Shown piece after piece: positions 34,607-48,500 of a stretch of 64,000 nt of DNA; the first letter of the stretch is position 1; the number at the start of each line of letters is the position of its first letter. A program made the position numbers and the translations under genes. The DNA comes from the human T2T-CHM13v2.0 reference genome, Homo sapiens: assembly GCF_009914755.1 (NCBI RefSeq), contig NC_060925.1; one strand, written 5' to 3'. The notes below the pieces were generated by a model that was not told the origin of the DNA, ran no database searches, and saw only the letters and a program-made list of their open reading frames with translations.

Positions 34607-36045
34607 GCCAAGAATATACACTGGAGAAAAGACAGCCTCTTCAATAAATGGCACTTGGAAAACTGGCTATTCATATGTAGAGGAATGAAACTAGACTACT
34701 GTCTTTCACCCATATACAAAAATTAAATAAAAATGGATTAAAGACTGAAATCTAAGACCTCAAAATATGAAAGTACTATAAGAAAACATTGAGGAAAATC
34801 TCTAGGACATTGGACATTGGTCTGGGCAAACATCTCTTGAGCAATATCCCACAAGCACAGGAAACCAAAGCAAAAATGGAAAAATTGGATCACATTAAGT
34901 TAAAAAGCTTCTACACAGCAAAGGGTACAATTAACAAAGTGAAGACACAACCCACAGAATGGGAGAAAATATTTGCAAACTATCCATCTGACAAGGGATT
35001 AGTTTCAAGAATACACAAGGAGCTCAAACAACTCTATAGGGAAAAATCTAATAATCCAATCAAAATGTTGAGCAAAAAATTTAAATAAACATTTCTCAAA
35101 AGAAGACATAAAATGGCAAACAGGCATATGAAAAGGTGCTCAACATCATTGATTGTCAGAGAAATGCAAATCAAAACTACAACAAGATATTATTGCACCC
35201 CAATTAAAATGGCTTTTATTCAAAAGTCAGGCAACAGCAAATGCTGGAGAGGATGTGGAGAAAAGGAAACTCTTGTACACTATTGGTGGGGATATAAATT
35301 AGTACAACCATTATGGAGGACAGTTTGGAGGTTCCTCAAAAAACTAAAAATTGAACTACCATATGATCTATCAATCTCATGGCTGGGTATATACCCCAAA
35401 GAAAGGAAATTGGTATATTGAAGAGGTATCTGCACTCCTGTGTTTGTTGCAGCACTGTTTACGATAGCTAAGATTTGGAAGCAACCTAAGTGTCCATTGC
35501 TAGATGAATGGATGAAGAAAATGTGGTACATATACACAATGGAGTACTATTCAGCCATAAAAGAGAATGAGATCCTGTCAATTTGCAGCAACATGGATGG
35601 AACTGGAGATCATTATGTTAAGTGAAATAAGCTAGGCACAGAAAGACAAACATCACATGTTCTCACTTACTTGTGGGATCTAAAAATCAAAACAATTGAA
35701 CTCATGGACATAGAGAATAGAAAGATGGTTACCAGAGGCTGGGAAGGGTAGTGAGGGCTGTAGAAGGGAGGTAAGGATGGTTAATGGGTACAAAAAATAG
35801 AGGAATGAATAAGACCTAGTATTTGATAGCACAACAGGGGGACTGTAGTCAGTAATAACTTAATTGTACATTTTAAAATAACTTAGAGTGTAATTGGATT
35901 GTTTGTAACTCAAAGGATAAATGCTTGAGCAGATGGGTACGCCATTGTCCACGATGTGCTTATTTCACATTGCATGCCTGTATCAAGACATCTCATGTAC
36001 CCTGTAAAATATATATGCCTACTATGTTCCCTTAAAAATTAAAAA
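34607..36045 (+). mobile_element. 5'-truncated L1MA2-like LINE-1
   Basis: ORF2 C-terminal peptides; 16-bp TSD aaatcttacctttgtt at 34591-34606 and 36046-36061. Confidence 0.88.
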
Positions 36046-37602
36046 AAATCTTACCTTTGTTTGTCTGTATTGTGTGTCTTTTTTCTCTCTGGTTCTTCTT
36101 AAAGATATTCTCCTTGTCACTGGTTTTCAAAAATTGATTATGAGTTGTCCTGGTGAGGTTTCTGTGTGTTTAGACTTCTTAGACTATGTGCTTAGACTGT
36201 TTGTTCAGTGTCTGATCCATGGATTTACAATTTTTATAAAATCTGGGTAATTTTCATCTATTATATCTTCAAATTTGTTTTTGCCCTTCCCAAAACTTCT
36301 TGTTATGTTAGACATCTTGATATTTTCCTACTGGTTACTAAGGTGCTGGTATTTTGTTTTAGTCTTTTAAAAAATTTCTCTTTCTGTACTTAATTAGGAT
36401 CATTTCTACTCTCATGTCTTCAAGTTAATTGATCTTTTCTTCTGCAATGTTTAATCTTCTCTTAATCTTATCCAATGAACTGTTCATTTCAAATAATGTG
36501 TTTGAAATCTCTGGGTGATTCATGTTGTTTTTACTTATATCTCTCCTCAAATGTTCGTTTACTTTTAAATGCTTATACATAGTTGCAACATTTAAATTTT
36601 TTGTTTTACATCTTGTCTGCAAATTCCTCATTTAATCTGTCATTTTTAGTGTGTGTTCATTGACTGATTTTCCTTGAGGTTTTGGAACACAATTTTCTGT
36701 GCTTTTGCATATCTAATAACTATTTGCATTAGAAGGTGAATGTTATAAATTTAGTTCATTGACTGCTTGATTTTGTTGTATTCCTTTAAAGAGTGATTGG
36801 CTTTGTTTTGGCAGGTAGTTAAATTACTTGAAGATTGATCTTGAGGCTTGTTTTAAAGTTCTTTTTTTTTTAAGGTAGGTATGGAGTATACCTTATTCTA
36901 GGGCTTGTTTGCAACATTACCACACTATGATACTTCTGGCGTCTCTAAAGAATGATTCGTAAATGCTTTGGGGTCTGTCCACTTTGGCTGATGGAAACTC
37001 AAATGATTTTCAGATCTGTTTGTGCTCTGAAATCTCTTGGCTTACAGCTCTTTGCTAATTGTTCTTTCTCAGTATTATGAGGTTTCACCCTATGCATGTA
37101 CAGATTAGTGTTCAGGCAAAGACTTAAGGGGATCCCTATGCAGCTATCTGGAGCCCTTTCTTCATGTAGCTCATTCATTTTCAGTATTCTACCCTGAAAG
37201 TTTTGACTGCACCCTGAAAGTTTTGACTGCCTTGACCTTCTCAAACCTCAATCTCTGTCTCCTAAACTTGGCAAGACTACCAGGATTTGTTTGGATTCCT
37301 CACTCCTGTGCTGCAATCTGGAAATTGCATCTAGGCAGCTAGTCAGAGTGAACATAGAACTTATCCCATTTATTTCAGTTTTCTCAGGGTTCATACTTCT
37401 GCATTGCTTGTAGTTCAATCTCTGAAGATAGTTGTTTTGTCTAGATTTTTATTTGTATGAGTTGGCAGGGCAATTTCTACAGCAGTTATTTATTCATAGG
37501 TAGAAGCAACAGTCTAGAGCAATATTTATCAATGTGTGTGCTTGAGCTTATGTGATCAGGTATATTTATGTTTGTGCCTTCATATAGTTATTGAGGGTCA
37601 CT

Positions 37603-38035
37603 TTTCTTAGTCTGCTTGAGTTGCCGTAACAAAATACCATAGGCTGAGTGCTTAAGGAACAGAAATTTATTTTCTAATGGTTCTGGAGACTAGAAGTTAA
37701 AGATCAGGCTACCAGGATGGTTAGGTTCTAGTGAAGTCTCCTTTTTTGGCTTGCAGATGGCTGCCTTCTCACTATGTCCTCACGTGGCTGCAAAAGAGAG
37801 GGAGCGAGGGAGGGAAGAAGGTTGGGGAGAAAGAGAGAGAATGAGAAACAGCGAGTGAGCAAGAGCTCTCTGGTGTCTTTTCTTAAAAGGGCACCAATCC
37901 TGTCATGAGGACTCCACCGTCATGACTTTATCTGAACCTGATTATCTCCCAAAGATCACATCTTTAAAAATCATCACATTGGGCATTAGGGCTTCAATAC
38001 ATGAATTTTGGGGGGACACAATTCAGCCCATAGCG
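37603..38035 (-). mobile_element. MLT1A-like MaLR solo LTR
   Basis: tcttagtctgcttgagttgccgtaacaaaataccataggctg ... gggggacacaattcagcccatagc. Confidence 0.85.
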
Positions 38036-39779
38036 TACATTCATCAGAAATATCTCATTACTTACTTTTTCAACTGGTGTTAGCCACTCTTCTAAGATGT
38101 GCTTTAGTATCTAAACGACAAAACTCTCACTTTCTACTCTGTTAGGGCTGCTCAGTTTGAATGTTACTGCAGGCAATAGGGAGCCCTGACGTAAAGGTTT
38201 TTGAGCAGGGAGTTGACATGATGAAATGGCGATTTAGGTGTTGGAGGTGGAGAGAACTATGTATGGGAGAGTGACAGGGACAGCAAGCTATTTCATGGTC
38301 ATTATGATAACCAGTTGATGAACTCTTTCAGGGTTAAGGGTCAGCAAAATTTGTCCTAAGTCACTTGCTTAGCTGGTTGTGCCTAACCTTATCATCAATC
38401 TCTTCACCAGAACCCTGGACAGCTTCAACAGTGAGGCTGACTCACATGCTGAAATGTATTCATTCATTTTTTTATCGCATTTATTTAACTGTTTTATCTT
38501 GCTTTTTAAAGAAATACAAAATAAGTAAAGACTACTGCTCCAGCCCTTGGGAAGGCAAGACAAATATAAGTTGAAAAATAATCATAATAATTCACTATTT
38601 TGGTAATTTTTCACCACTGAAAAGTGACCTTCAGTAAAAAAGATAAGCAACGTACTCTCTCGAAGATTGTTTATATGTTATCTGGAAAAAAGGATAGTCA
38701 ATGTGGGATGGTATTAGGTAGAGAAGACTTTACAGAAGAGGTTTTTTGAGTGTTGTCTTGAAAGATAGGCTGAGTGGAGCCTGCTCAAGAAGACGTGTAA
38801 GATCTTTTGGACTACAGAAACCTCTCGGGCAATATCATAGGTGTTCAGGCTAACCCAAACAGGGTGGAAGTTCGACTTTGGGAGCTATTATGGGATAAAG
38901 GGAGGACCCCCAATAATAAATGTCTTTAAGCCTGGGTGGGGGCATGTGGATTTGCTGCTGCAATTGAAGAGGGAGCTGTAGGAGGTTCTTCTGCAGCAAA
39001 GTGACAGAAATTTTTGCTCTGTTTTCTATTCCTCTCCTCCACTTTCATGTGAGCTTATTTTAAAATTTGTTTTTGATAGTGATACAATTTTTAAATCAGT
39101 TTTATGCTTACATTTTATTTTTCTAACAAGCTATATAGTTGATCCTCTCCACAAAAACCTGTAATAATATTTTAGGACTATAACCACTGAGTTAACATGT
39201 TAAACTAGTAATTGAACATCTTTTCTCTCCCAGACATAATTTGAGACACTGAGAGAGATACAAAGTTTTAGCATTTGTTCATTCACTCATTCAGTCAATA
39301 TCTTAGGATGCTTAATAGGACATGGTCCATGCCTTCCATGTCTTAAAGTCTAGTGACCACACAGGACTGAAATAAATGACTGATTGAATGCAGGTTTCCT
39401 CTCCTGTCCTTTTGTTACCAGAGAAGTTCACTCATCCTGCAGGGCCTCTCCCCAGGGCATTCTGATTGGCTTAGTGGTACAAGAAGGGAGGATGCAGGAT
39501 GGAAATCAGGAACAGTGTTGGGGTCCTCTGGGGCTGCTGCAGCCTTTATTCTCATATCACAGAATTCCACGTTGACATTCTCAACATCTTTCCATGGAGA
39601 TTTCTTGGTCAGAAACAGTGTTTCTTTTCTTAGATTTTTGAGACAGTCATTTGAATCTATAATTGGGGCTCAAGTAGAAAGGATGAAAAGATCGTGAAAG
39701 ATGTCACTTTCTTACATAGTTTCTGGGATAATGCCCAGCTGTGTGAGGCAGGTATAATAAATGAAAATCAACTATTTCA

Positions 39780-40380
39780 TCAGTAGGTGGGAAGCCCTTT
39801 CAGCAAAAAGTTTTTAGTCTACAGTAAGCACATGCCATGCCACGTGACCACACATAGAGTTGAATGCAGCCTTAGACTGTGTTAATAAAAGTATAGTGTC
39901 TAAGTATCAGAAATGAAGAATTTCTGTTTTACTTTACATTGGTCAGTTTATGTCTAGAGTCTTTTATTCATCTTTTATTCATCTGTAGAGATCAGGTTTT
40001 AAGAGAGATGTAGACAAATTGATATCTTAAAGCACTAAGAGATAAAATGGGAAAATGAAAGATTTGAAACCAAGCGATATCTGAAATGGCCGAAGGAAGT
40101 CTGTATGTTGCTGTCACAGAAGTGAGGACTCAAAAAGGACTTGAGAACTGTATTTATTAGATTGGATCTGGGCAGACCCCAGAGTTATAATTAAGAGCAA
40201 CTCAAGGAAGTATCAGGGAAATACAAGTGAAGGAACAGTTTTCAACAATGAGAACAGTTTCAAGATGGAATAGCTTGTCTGTTGGGGCAGTGAGCTCTCC
40301 ATCACTGGGTAAATTTGATGAACATTTGGGGAAAATGTTGTGGAAGGATTTCAGTATCTGAAAGATGCTTGGGTTGTTTG
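39780..40380 (+). mobile_element. L3/CR1 ancient LINE fragments
   Basis: gccttagactgtgttaataaaagtatagtgtc; ttttaagagagatgtagacaaattga; agatggaatagcttg..gtgagctctccatcactgg. Confidence 0.6.
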
Positions 40381-42014
40381 GTTATACAATTCTGTACTCT
40401 ATAACAAATCCCATCACACCCCAATGCCCTCTGAGTGGAGAGGCAGAGCTAATGGGAACCAGGAACCTTGGCTGAGTGGGTAAAGAGAGTGACTTCCAGA
40501 GGCCCCACTTCTGAGTCATATTTGAGCCACTCTTAGAGACAGAACAGAGGGAGGAAGAGAAATAAATTCCAAGAGGGAAAACATCTTCCATTGCCCTTGG
40601 CAAACATTGAAACACAGCACTTAATGCAGCCCTACAAGGGAAAGGGTGTTTCCTGGTGCACTGGCTTCTCTACCTGTCTGTACTTCCCAAGGCAAGTGGC
40701 TGATCATAGGCAACCTCTGAGCTACCTCTGGGAGGTAATTTGGTTCTGGGGTGTGGGTGAAGTGAGGGTAGGTCTGTTGTCAGTAGCAGGAGATAAAGTG
40801 TATACCAACCCCAAAGCTGTAGTTGGTCTTTCCTGACACTAAGATAAAGTCTCAGTTGCTTTTTCTCCCTTTGGCTTTGGGTGTTTTCTTGGTCTCTAGG
40901 ACAGATGGGCCTCCTCACTAGCAAAGGTGAGTATTTTAGAGTTTATTGCTAATGCCCTCACTTGACATTAACACATTCTTCATTCACTGCCTTTGGCGTT
41001 TTTCTTTTCACATGTATTTGTCTTGTATCTCCAATAAATTATAAAATTCTCCAGGCGAGGATTGGCTCATACTTTTCTGTGTCCCCCATAGCACCTAGCC
41101 CAGTGCTCTTGTATAATGCAGGTGCTTACTGAAGTATTAATAATGAATGTCAACTTGTCAAAGTAGATCTTTTTGCTTGAAGGAGATGATGTTAGCTAGT
41201 TTTAATCTAGGAAAGTTGTACATTCTTTGTTATGAATATTAATCACTGAATGCCAGATATTTCCCTTTTTAAAAAACCCTTTAGGTATACTGGCTTATGT
41301 CATTTGAAAATTCTTGCAGGCGGGGAAGGTGTTGAACACCTTGAGGTCTCTCCTGGCCCAGCATTTGAAGATCACCCTCAAGGTCTGTTTAGCTCTGTTC
41401 GTTAGAGCAAGTTTTTGGGATTCTGCTAATGATGACATGAGTCTACCCAAAGTCAACAATACACTCCTCTCACCCCATGATTTGGGTAGCTACTTCGCCT
41501 AGCAGAACAAAAAGAATATTTTTTTCAGGAAGCCACACATGCCTATTTAATTCCTAAATGTTCAAAAGGAAGAGAAATCTATTGGAGGGCACCTGGAGCC
41601 ATGATCAAGGCTGGCTTATGTGCGCATGGCAGTGGGGATGGTGACCCTGCACACAACATCTCTTTGGCCTTTTTCTCACTGCCTCTGGAGAGGGCCTTGG
41701 GTAAAGGGCAGACAGGTTGGTACCCCTTAAAGGAGAGTCTTTTCAAACAAAATCAAGAAATCTCAAAGCAGGGGTGTTTTTTTTTCAGCTGCCTGGCTAA
41801 AAGTTCATATGTGGGGGAACCAAGGAAACCAACTTTGAAAGGCTGTGTGTGGACGAAATAATAGAATCTGAAACTGTATTCCTGTATTTTAAAAATAACA
41901 AAACTTGGCAGGTAATGGAAGCACACCGTGATTTAATTGCTTTTGGCATTAATTAAAAAGGATAGAACAGGCTTTCAGGGAGGGATTTTTATGACTGTAA
42001 GAGTGTTTGAACAT

Positions 42015-42258
42015 TATATATATATCTCTCTCTCTCCCCTTTCTCTCTGTGTGTGTATGTGTGTGTGTATATATATGTATATACATATATACATATATAT
42101 GTGTACATACATATATGTATATACATATATACGCATATATATATGTATATACATATGTATACATACATGCAAATATACATATATACATATATAATTTATA
42201 ATCATTTATAATCATATATACGTGTATATACATGTATATACACGTATATATGATTATA
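42015..42258. repeat. (TA)/(TG)/(TATG) degenerate microsatellite
   Basis: Seen directly; explains the YIYI/CVCV ORFs. Confidence 0.95.
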
Positions 42259-44014
42259 AATAATCACAAAAGCTAAAGAAGAAAAAGAAATATTAAAGGC
42301 TCATTTTACTGCCAAAACAAAGATTATTATTATATCTATGAAAAAGTAACTGCGGTTCCTTATGGGAATCTGTGCTGGGCAATGTTCTCATGATACTCAA
42401 CCTTAATTTTTTCTTTCTTAATTTCATGTTCATCCCTGCTGCCTATTGTCTTCCCTTATGCCACTCAAGTTATTTTGCACCACTAACACTTAATTGTAAA
42501 ACATGAAATCATTGTTTTGTCACAGACTTTTAAATAATTACTGATGGAACTAACCTAGCTGGATGGGTTATTTGATCATCTTCAGTTGGTTCTTGTATTA
42601 CCTAATCATTATAGTTGCTCTTCTCTGGGAAACTTGGAGATTTTTTATGGCCAAGGCTAAGATAACTGTGCAGAAATGTCATGTTGCTTCAAGTTCTATC
42701 TCTCTCAGGAGTGCAGAACAGACTTGCATAATTTTTCTTCTGCTTTCCAGATGAGAGAGGTAAAAAAAACTGCCTAGTGCTGTTCCTCACTAGCTGTGAC
42801 CTTGAGAAAGTTGTTTCTCAGAGTCAAAGATTTCTTGTCTTTAAAATGAAGGCATGAATTGGATTGTCTTGAAATTTTCCTTTGGCCCTACCATCTGTGA
42901 TTCTGCTCCAGCTTAGCATTCTTCACTCATGCTCCATACCATAGGGCACCATGAGTGCACAGCAGACAAGAAACGGTTGCACTGAAACAGAGGGAGAGTT
43001 GAGTCAAGAGAGTGAAATGACATTTGCAAAGCCCTGAGAAGCTGAGCCCTGTATGTTAATTGATTAACATTTCCCAGTACAGTGCCCTGAGCATTTTAGA
43101 GGAAACAAACTATATAAATGGAATGCATAAATGATTCCTCTTACATTCTAATTCATATACTTTCCATTGGCTAAAATGAGATCTTACTGGTGTTCATGTT
43201 TGGGGGTATAAATTTCTTTTGTGTGTGTGTGTGTGCTGTTCAAGGCCCATTTTAATTGGTCTATAACAAGAAAGAGCAGGAGAGCCAGCTGGTTTAGGGG
43301 TGGGGAGTAAGGATTCAAGGGTGGGACAGTGACCTGGCATTGGGCACAGGCTGCAGCTGGAACCCGCCTCCCTCACTGAAGTGCAGAGTTGTCTGAGATG
43401 GCAGCACTCTTCAGCCTCCATCTCAGCAACCAGAAACCTGAGGAAGCCAAAGGAGCCTTCACAGGAGCCCAGTAAGGCCACAAGACATGGCAGGTTATGA
43501 CATATGGCATGTGGTTGGGAGAACAAAGAATACTAACCATCATTAACCTGGAAAGAAGCCTTGGGAATGTTATTGGGACTATTTCCCAATACTTAAAGGA
43601 CTGTCATGTGGAAGAAGAATTAGGCTTGTGTTAGCTTTCAGTGAATGTTATTGGTGAAAGTTACAGACAGATAGATTTTAGTTTGGTTTCAATAAAGTAT
43701 TCCAAGACTGTGTCAGAAATTGGAATAATAATAATATTTTATATCTTTATAGTGTTTTACAGTTACAAAACTGCTTTCCATGGCTAATTTAATGGCACTA
43801 TGAGGTAGGTAGAGCTGGTATTATTGTTAATATCACCATCGTTATTACCACCAACACCATCGTTTTCAATCAGATGTGAGCACAGAGGTACATATTAAAT
43901 GATTTATTCAAAATCATGAAGCTGTGAAGTGGGTAAGTGTAACTCCATATTCTATGCCTTTCATTAAATACACACACACGTGCGTGCATGCACACACACA
44001 CACATGCCCTGCCC

Positions 44015-44577
44015 CTCTAGTTTTCATTTTCGTGTAACAAACCACTCAAAACTTATTGGCATAAAACAGCCATTTTTTATTCTGTTCACAAACTCTGTGG
44101 ATAATGAACTCACACAGTAAGGCACAGTGGAGATTCCTTATCTCCACTCCATGATGTGTGGGGCCTCAGCTGGGAAGATGCAAAGGTGGAGGGTGACTTG
44201 ATGACTGGGAGTTGGAATCATCTAGAGGAATCTTTACCCATTTGTCTGGTGGTTGATGTTGGCCATCAACTGAGAACTCAGCTCTCCATGTAGGCTAGTT
44301 TGGGCTTTTTCACAATATGGCAGCTAGATATCAAAAGCAAATGTCCCAAGGGAGCAAAGCAGAAGCATATGGCATTTTTTTTTGATTTAGCCTTGGCAGT
44401 CACATAGCATCACTTCCACTCTATTCTATCGTTTGAAATAATCACAAGGCATGCCCAGTTCCAAGGGGAGGGGACAAAGAGCCCACCTTTTGGTGGGAGG
44501 AGGGCCAAAGCTACATTGTAAGAAGCATGTGGAATGGAAGATATTGCTGTGGTCATCTTTGGAAAATACAATCTGCC

Positions 44578-44579
<2 letters not shown>
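44015..44579 (-). mobile_element. MLT1G/H-like MaLR solo LTR
   Basis: gtgtaacaaaccactcaaaacttattggcataaaacagcc ... catctttggaaaatacaatctgccac. Confidence 0.8.
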
Positions 44580-44625
<46 letters not shown>

Positions 44626-44646
44626 CGCACGCGTGCATATGTGTGT
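44580..44646. repeat. (TG)n(CG)n alternating purine-pyrimidine tract
   Basis: gtgtgt...gtgcgcgcgcgcgcacgcgtgcatatgtgtgt. Confidence 0.95.
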
Positions 44647-45469
44647 CTATTTTTTCTGAATTATCAGACATAGTAAAAGCATACTCCTTTATGTTTTATG
44701 AATTTGTTAATGTGAGTATATGTTAAAGGTAAGTTTTTTTTATACTTGCAATAAATTATCTTAACTGAAAAGGCTAAAGTTACTATTTGTTTCTAGCAAT
44801 ATGATAGACTAAATGTCTCTTGGTAGAGAATACCTAAAAAATGCTGATGTAGTAAAAAAGATATGTCTTGTAAACACATGAATAAACTAGCAGGGAAGTA
44901 GTAGAAATTCCTGGGGGCCTCAAATGACAAGAAATATGACTAGGGAAAGCTAACTTCGTGCTAAATCTGGTGTGAGATTGGGGGCCACTGCAGATTCTCG
45001 ATGGTCTAGAACTTGGGTTTCACGTGAAATCTATGTGAAATGACTCAGTCAAAACCATCTTAGATCAAAGCTGAGTGAATGAGATTGGAGGTTGGAGACC
45101 CTTGCTGGGATTGGAGGCCCCCATATGAAACCACCAGAACCCTCAGAGGCTTGGTTCCTAGTGAAAAAATAAAACCCACCCTGCCAAGCGAGGTGGAGGG
45201 AAGAATAAGTTCCTCTCCCAGTCTTGGTTCTGAGTGGAAAGGAAAAAGAAAAAAAGTCCCTCTGGGAATATCTACATGCCCACCCTCCTGCAGGTTGAGG
45301 GCTGGAATTCACATCCTCTTTCTAACCTCCAAAATTATAATCCAAACGTGTAGGTTAAAATGGTCCTGGGTTGGTTGTGTCTCTAAGAGTTACTTGGAAG
45401 GAGATGCAAATCCTCTCAGAGGAAACCCGGACTTCACAGAATTTTCACAAAGTTCCAAAGATTATGCAT

Positions 45470-45500
<31 letters not shown>

Positions 45501-48500
45501 CCAAACTACAGCAAACGAAACCTGCTGCCAGATCCTGCCAAATCTTTTTAAACCACTGGTCAGACCACGCCATTCTCCTCTTTAAGCCCTTCCTAGTACT
45601 CCTTGCACAGAATATTAATTTCTGGCAGCGAATTCCAGGGCCCCTCTCCTCATTCTGCATGGGCTGAGAGTGGTCTTTTCCTAGCCATGGTGGGGATTGC
45701 CTGGGACGGATCAGTGGGTGGGACTGGGAATCTGGGCTCTATGTGGCTAATTCAGGGTCTAATTTGTGGGGCCCCAGGGAGCAGCTGAATGCTTACCCAG
45801 GTGCACAGCTGGCTTCTTGTAGTGTTGCTATTATGGGATTACTGGAAATGGCAAACTGAGCATCAAGCAGCAGGACCTCTTTCCTTGGACTCTGAGGGAA
45901 AGTTAGCAGCAACAGCTCATGCTCATGGCAATCTTAGGCTGGAGGAAGGGAGTGGACAGTGGAGGGGAGGATGCTCCTATTGTGAGGAGCATCCGTTTCA
46001 AAGCTCTCTAAAGGATAAGTCTGTATTTTGTGGTCATTCCTAGCCAGTTTCTAAAGTTATTTTGTAAGACCCAAATATCTCTTCTAACATTTAGCAAGTA
46101 GATAACACTTCCTGAGCACTGCCTCTGTGGAGAATGTATAAGGAGATACAAAGGAACACAGGCATGTGCTCCTTGACTTTAAAACGTACTTGATTTCCAT
46201 TTCCCCAAAGAACAAAGAATTAGAATTGTTAGAGTTAGTGATAGAAGGATCAAAAATATATGAAAGGAGCTATAAAAACTGGGACATGTCAACATTGTTC
46301 TATTTGCTACACAGCAGTGTTTGTTAAAAAAATCGTATTTTTATGTCAAGATAGAAAATAAAAACAGAAAAATCATGCGCACATGAGAGGTTAGACAGGA
46401 GTAGCAGGGTTTGAACAGCAGGCCAGGGATGGCCTTCCATGTCTCGGGTCTTTTCTACCTTTCCATCTTCACCACAGGTTGGAGTAGCCTAGCTTTCTCC
46501 TTGCTTGTTTCTTAAGTCTTCTTAAAACTGTTCTGTCCCTAGAGCCTGTCAATCCCAAAGCCTTCTTTTCTATTTTTCTCACGTGGCCTAGGGGCCCTCA
46601 TGCAAACAGGTCACCCTGCAGCCTGCCTACACAGTCCAGAGGCCCCAAGAGGGTTTTGCAGAGAAGCCCTGTCTAGACATCCAGTGTGGATATCAACAGC
46701 TGAGGGCAGTTTGCCTGTGGGGAGGGCTACTAACACAAAGAGGGACCCATCACCCAGGACCACAGTGTTGTCAAGGGAAGACACTGGAGGAGATGTGCTG
46801 TCAGCAATGTTCTGCCAGTGGTGAGTATCTTTACTTGGGGGGCAGAGGGTAGAGAGAGACCTGGAAGAAAGCAGGATTGAGCAAGACTGAAGCATCAGAA
46901 GGGAGGGGGCAAACAAGTGTTCTGGGGATGGTGATAGATATTTAGAACTTGAGCCCCTGCTCCTATCATCATGCTTCCTTTTCTCTTTACTTCTCCCTCA
47001 CATTCCAAATACACCTGTAGCTTTTTATTACACAGCACTCAGGGGGTGGGTGGATGGAGCTGGAACAAACAAGCCCATTGGATTTTTGATGGAATATTCT
47101 TTCTTGCCTAACGTAAATAATAAGTTGAGGATTTTAAATATATATTTTTTAATTCTAAAAAGCTTGGCTTTAAATATCAAGATCCAAAGTCTAGATAGCT
47201 GAGATTTTAGACAGCAGAATGATATAATTTATTTCCCACTGAAAGGAGAGAAAAACGTGACAAACTGGGGGAAAGAGGAGAACCAAAGTGGATATTGCTA
47301 GAGCTTAGGTGTTGCCTGAGTTTCCATAAAGGAGCTCAGAATCTCCATTCCCCTGGGATGAATTAGGGGACATGGGGTGGGACTGGGTGATTGAAACAAT
47401 AAATGGATTGAAAAGAGTTCCAAGAACAGCAGACACTTGTGCCTCTCTTCCTGGTCTGTGGCCAAAGACCAAATAGTATAGTCTTTCCCCAGCATGGCAC
47501 TTGGGCTGCAGAGTAGCAACAACTGGGGAAAGTCGAGGTTGGCAGGTCTGAGGACAGCCTTATGGAGTCCCACAGAGTGTTCTGTACTCTCCAGCGTGGA
47601 GGCAGAGAGCATGCAAATAATTCCCACGGCACCTGCAATGGCTGCAGAAGGGGCTGGTAACAAGCTGGGAGGCCCTAAGAGCCTCAAGTTGGTCTCTACA
47701 AGGAGGCTGCAGAATATGCATGCCTCCTGGTGAGAAGCTATGGCAGGATGATGAATGGTGAGGACCAGAGAAGATGAGATGTCCCTCTGTGGAGTTAGCC
47801 AGGACAGAGGACAAGTCAACAATCAGATGTCTCTCTTAGAAGCCAGGACAACACCCACCTTTCCCTAACGTAGGAATTTAGAGCATCCTCAGCAGGAAGG
47901 GAAGGAAAAGAGATGGAGAGTGTACATGTCACATTAACTGTATTTATCAATAAGTTCAAAAGAGACTGAGTAACCTTGAATTGGAAAGATTATGATTTCT
48001 GCTACAGAGGAGGAAATGAGGGCTCATGAGCTAAGTTCTGTTATAGACAACAAAAATATCGTGCTTTTTGTGCAGTCTATGGTTGCACAATTTTATTTGT
48101 CATACAGATTTGCCTCGATGGGGTGAAGACACCAAAATGAAGTTGAGTAGGAGATGAATGTAGAGACCTTGAGAGGGGAAGAAAGCTCAAGGCACATAGG
48201 AGCTAATAATGATGAGAACTTGACTAGTTTCCAAGAGGGGCCTGGGAATGGGAGAAAGCATGCTGATGTTGCGTGTTGCACAGTGAGGGCTGCAATCAGA
48301 CTCCAGCCAACTTTTGTTTTCCGACACATTGATCTGTTTAATTGGTGCTTCTTGTCATGCCCTCAAATAGCTGTTTACAGAGAATCATGATGAACCCAAG
48401 AATGGCTTCAGCCTCTCCAAACACTCCTAGCTCTGAGTATGCAAAGCCATCTATTAGCGCTGTGAGAATGACTCCCATACATATGACATGGAGAAGTGAC

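Larger units (their letters stand above)
31533..37510 (-). mobile_element. Old L1M (L1MB/L1M4-like) body, fragmented and hosting younger inserts
   Basis: T-rich antisense L1 motifs, e.g. tgtcttttgaagagcagaagttttaatt, ttgattactgtagctttatag and gcatttaaagctattaatttccc. Confidence 0.7.

Noticed and set aside
41937-42233. Six overlapping ORFs rich in Y/I/C/V/M
   Set aside because: Translation of a TA/TG microsatellite
45079-45585. 168-aa ORF
   Set aside because: Overlaps probable degenerate repeat sequence and a (CA)n tract; no recognisable homology
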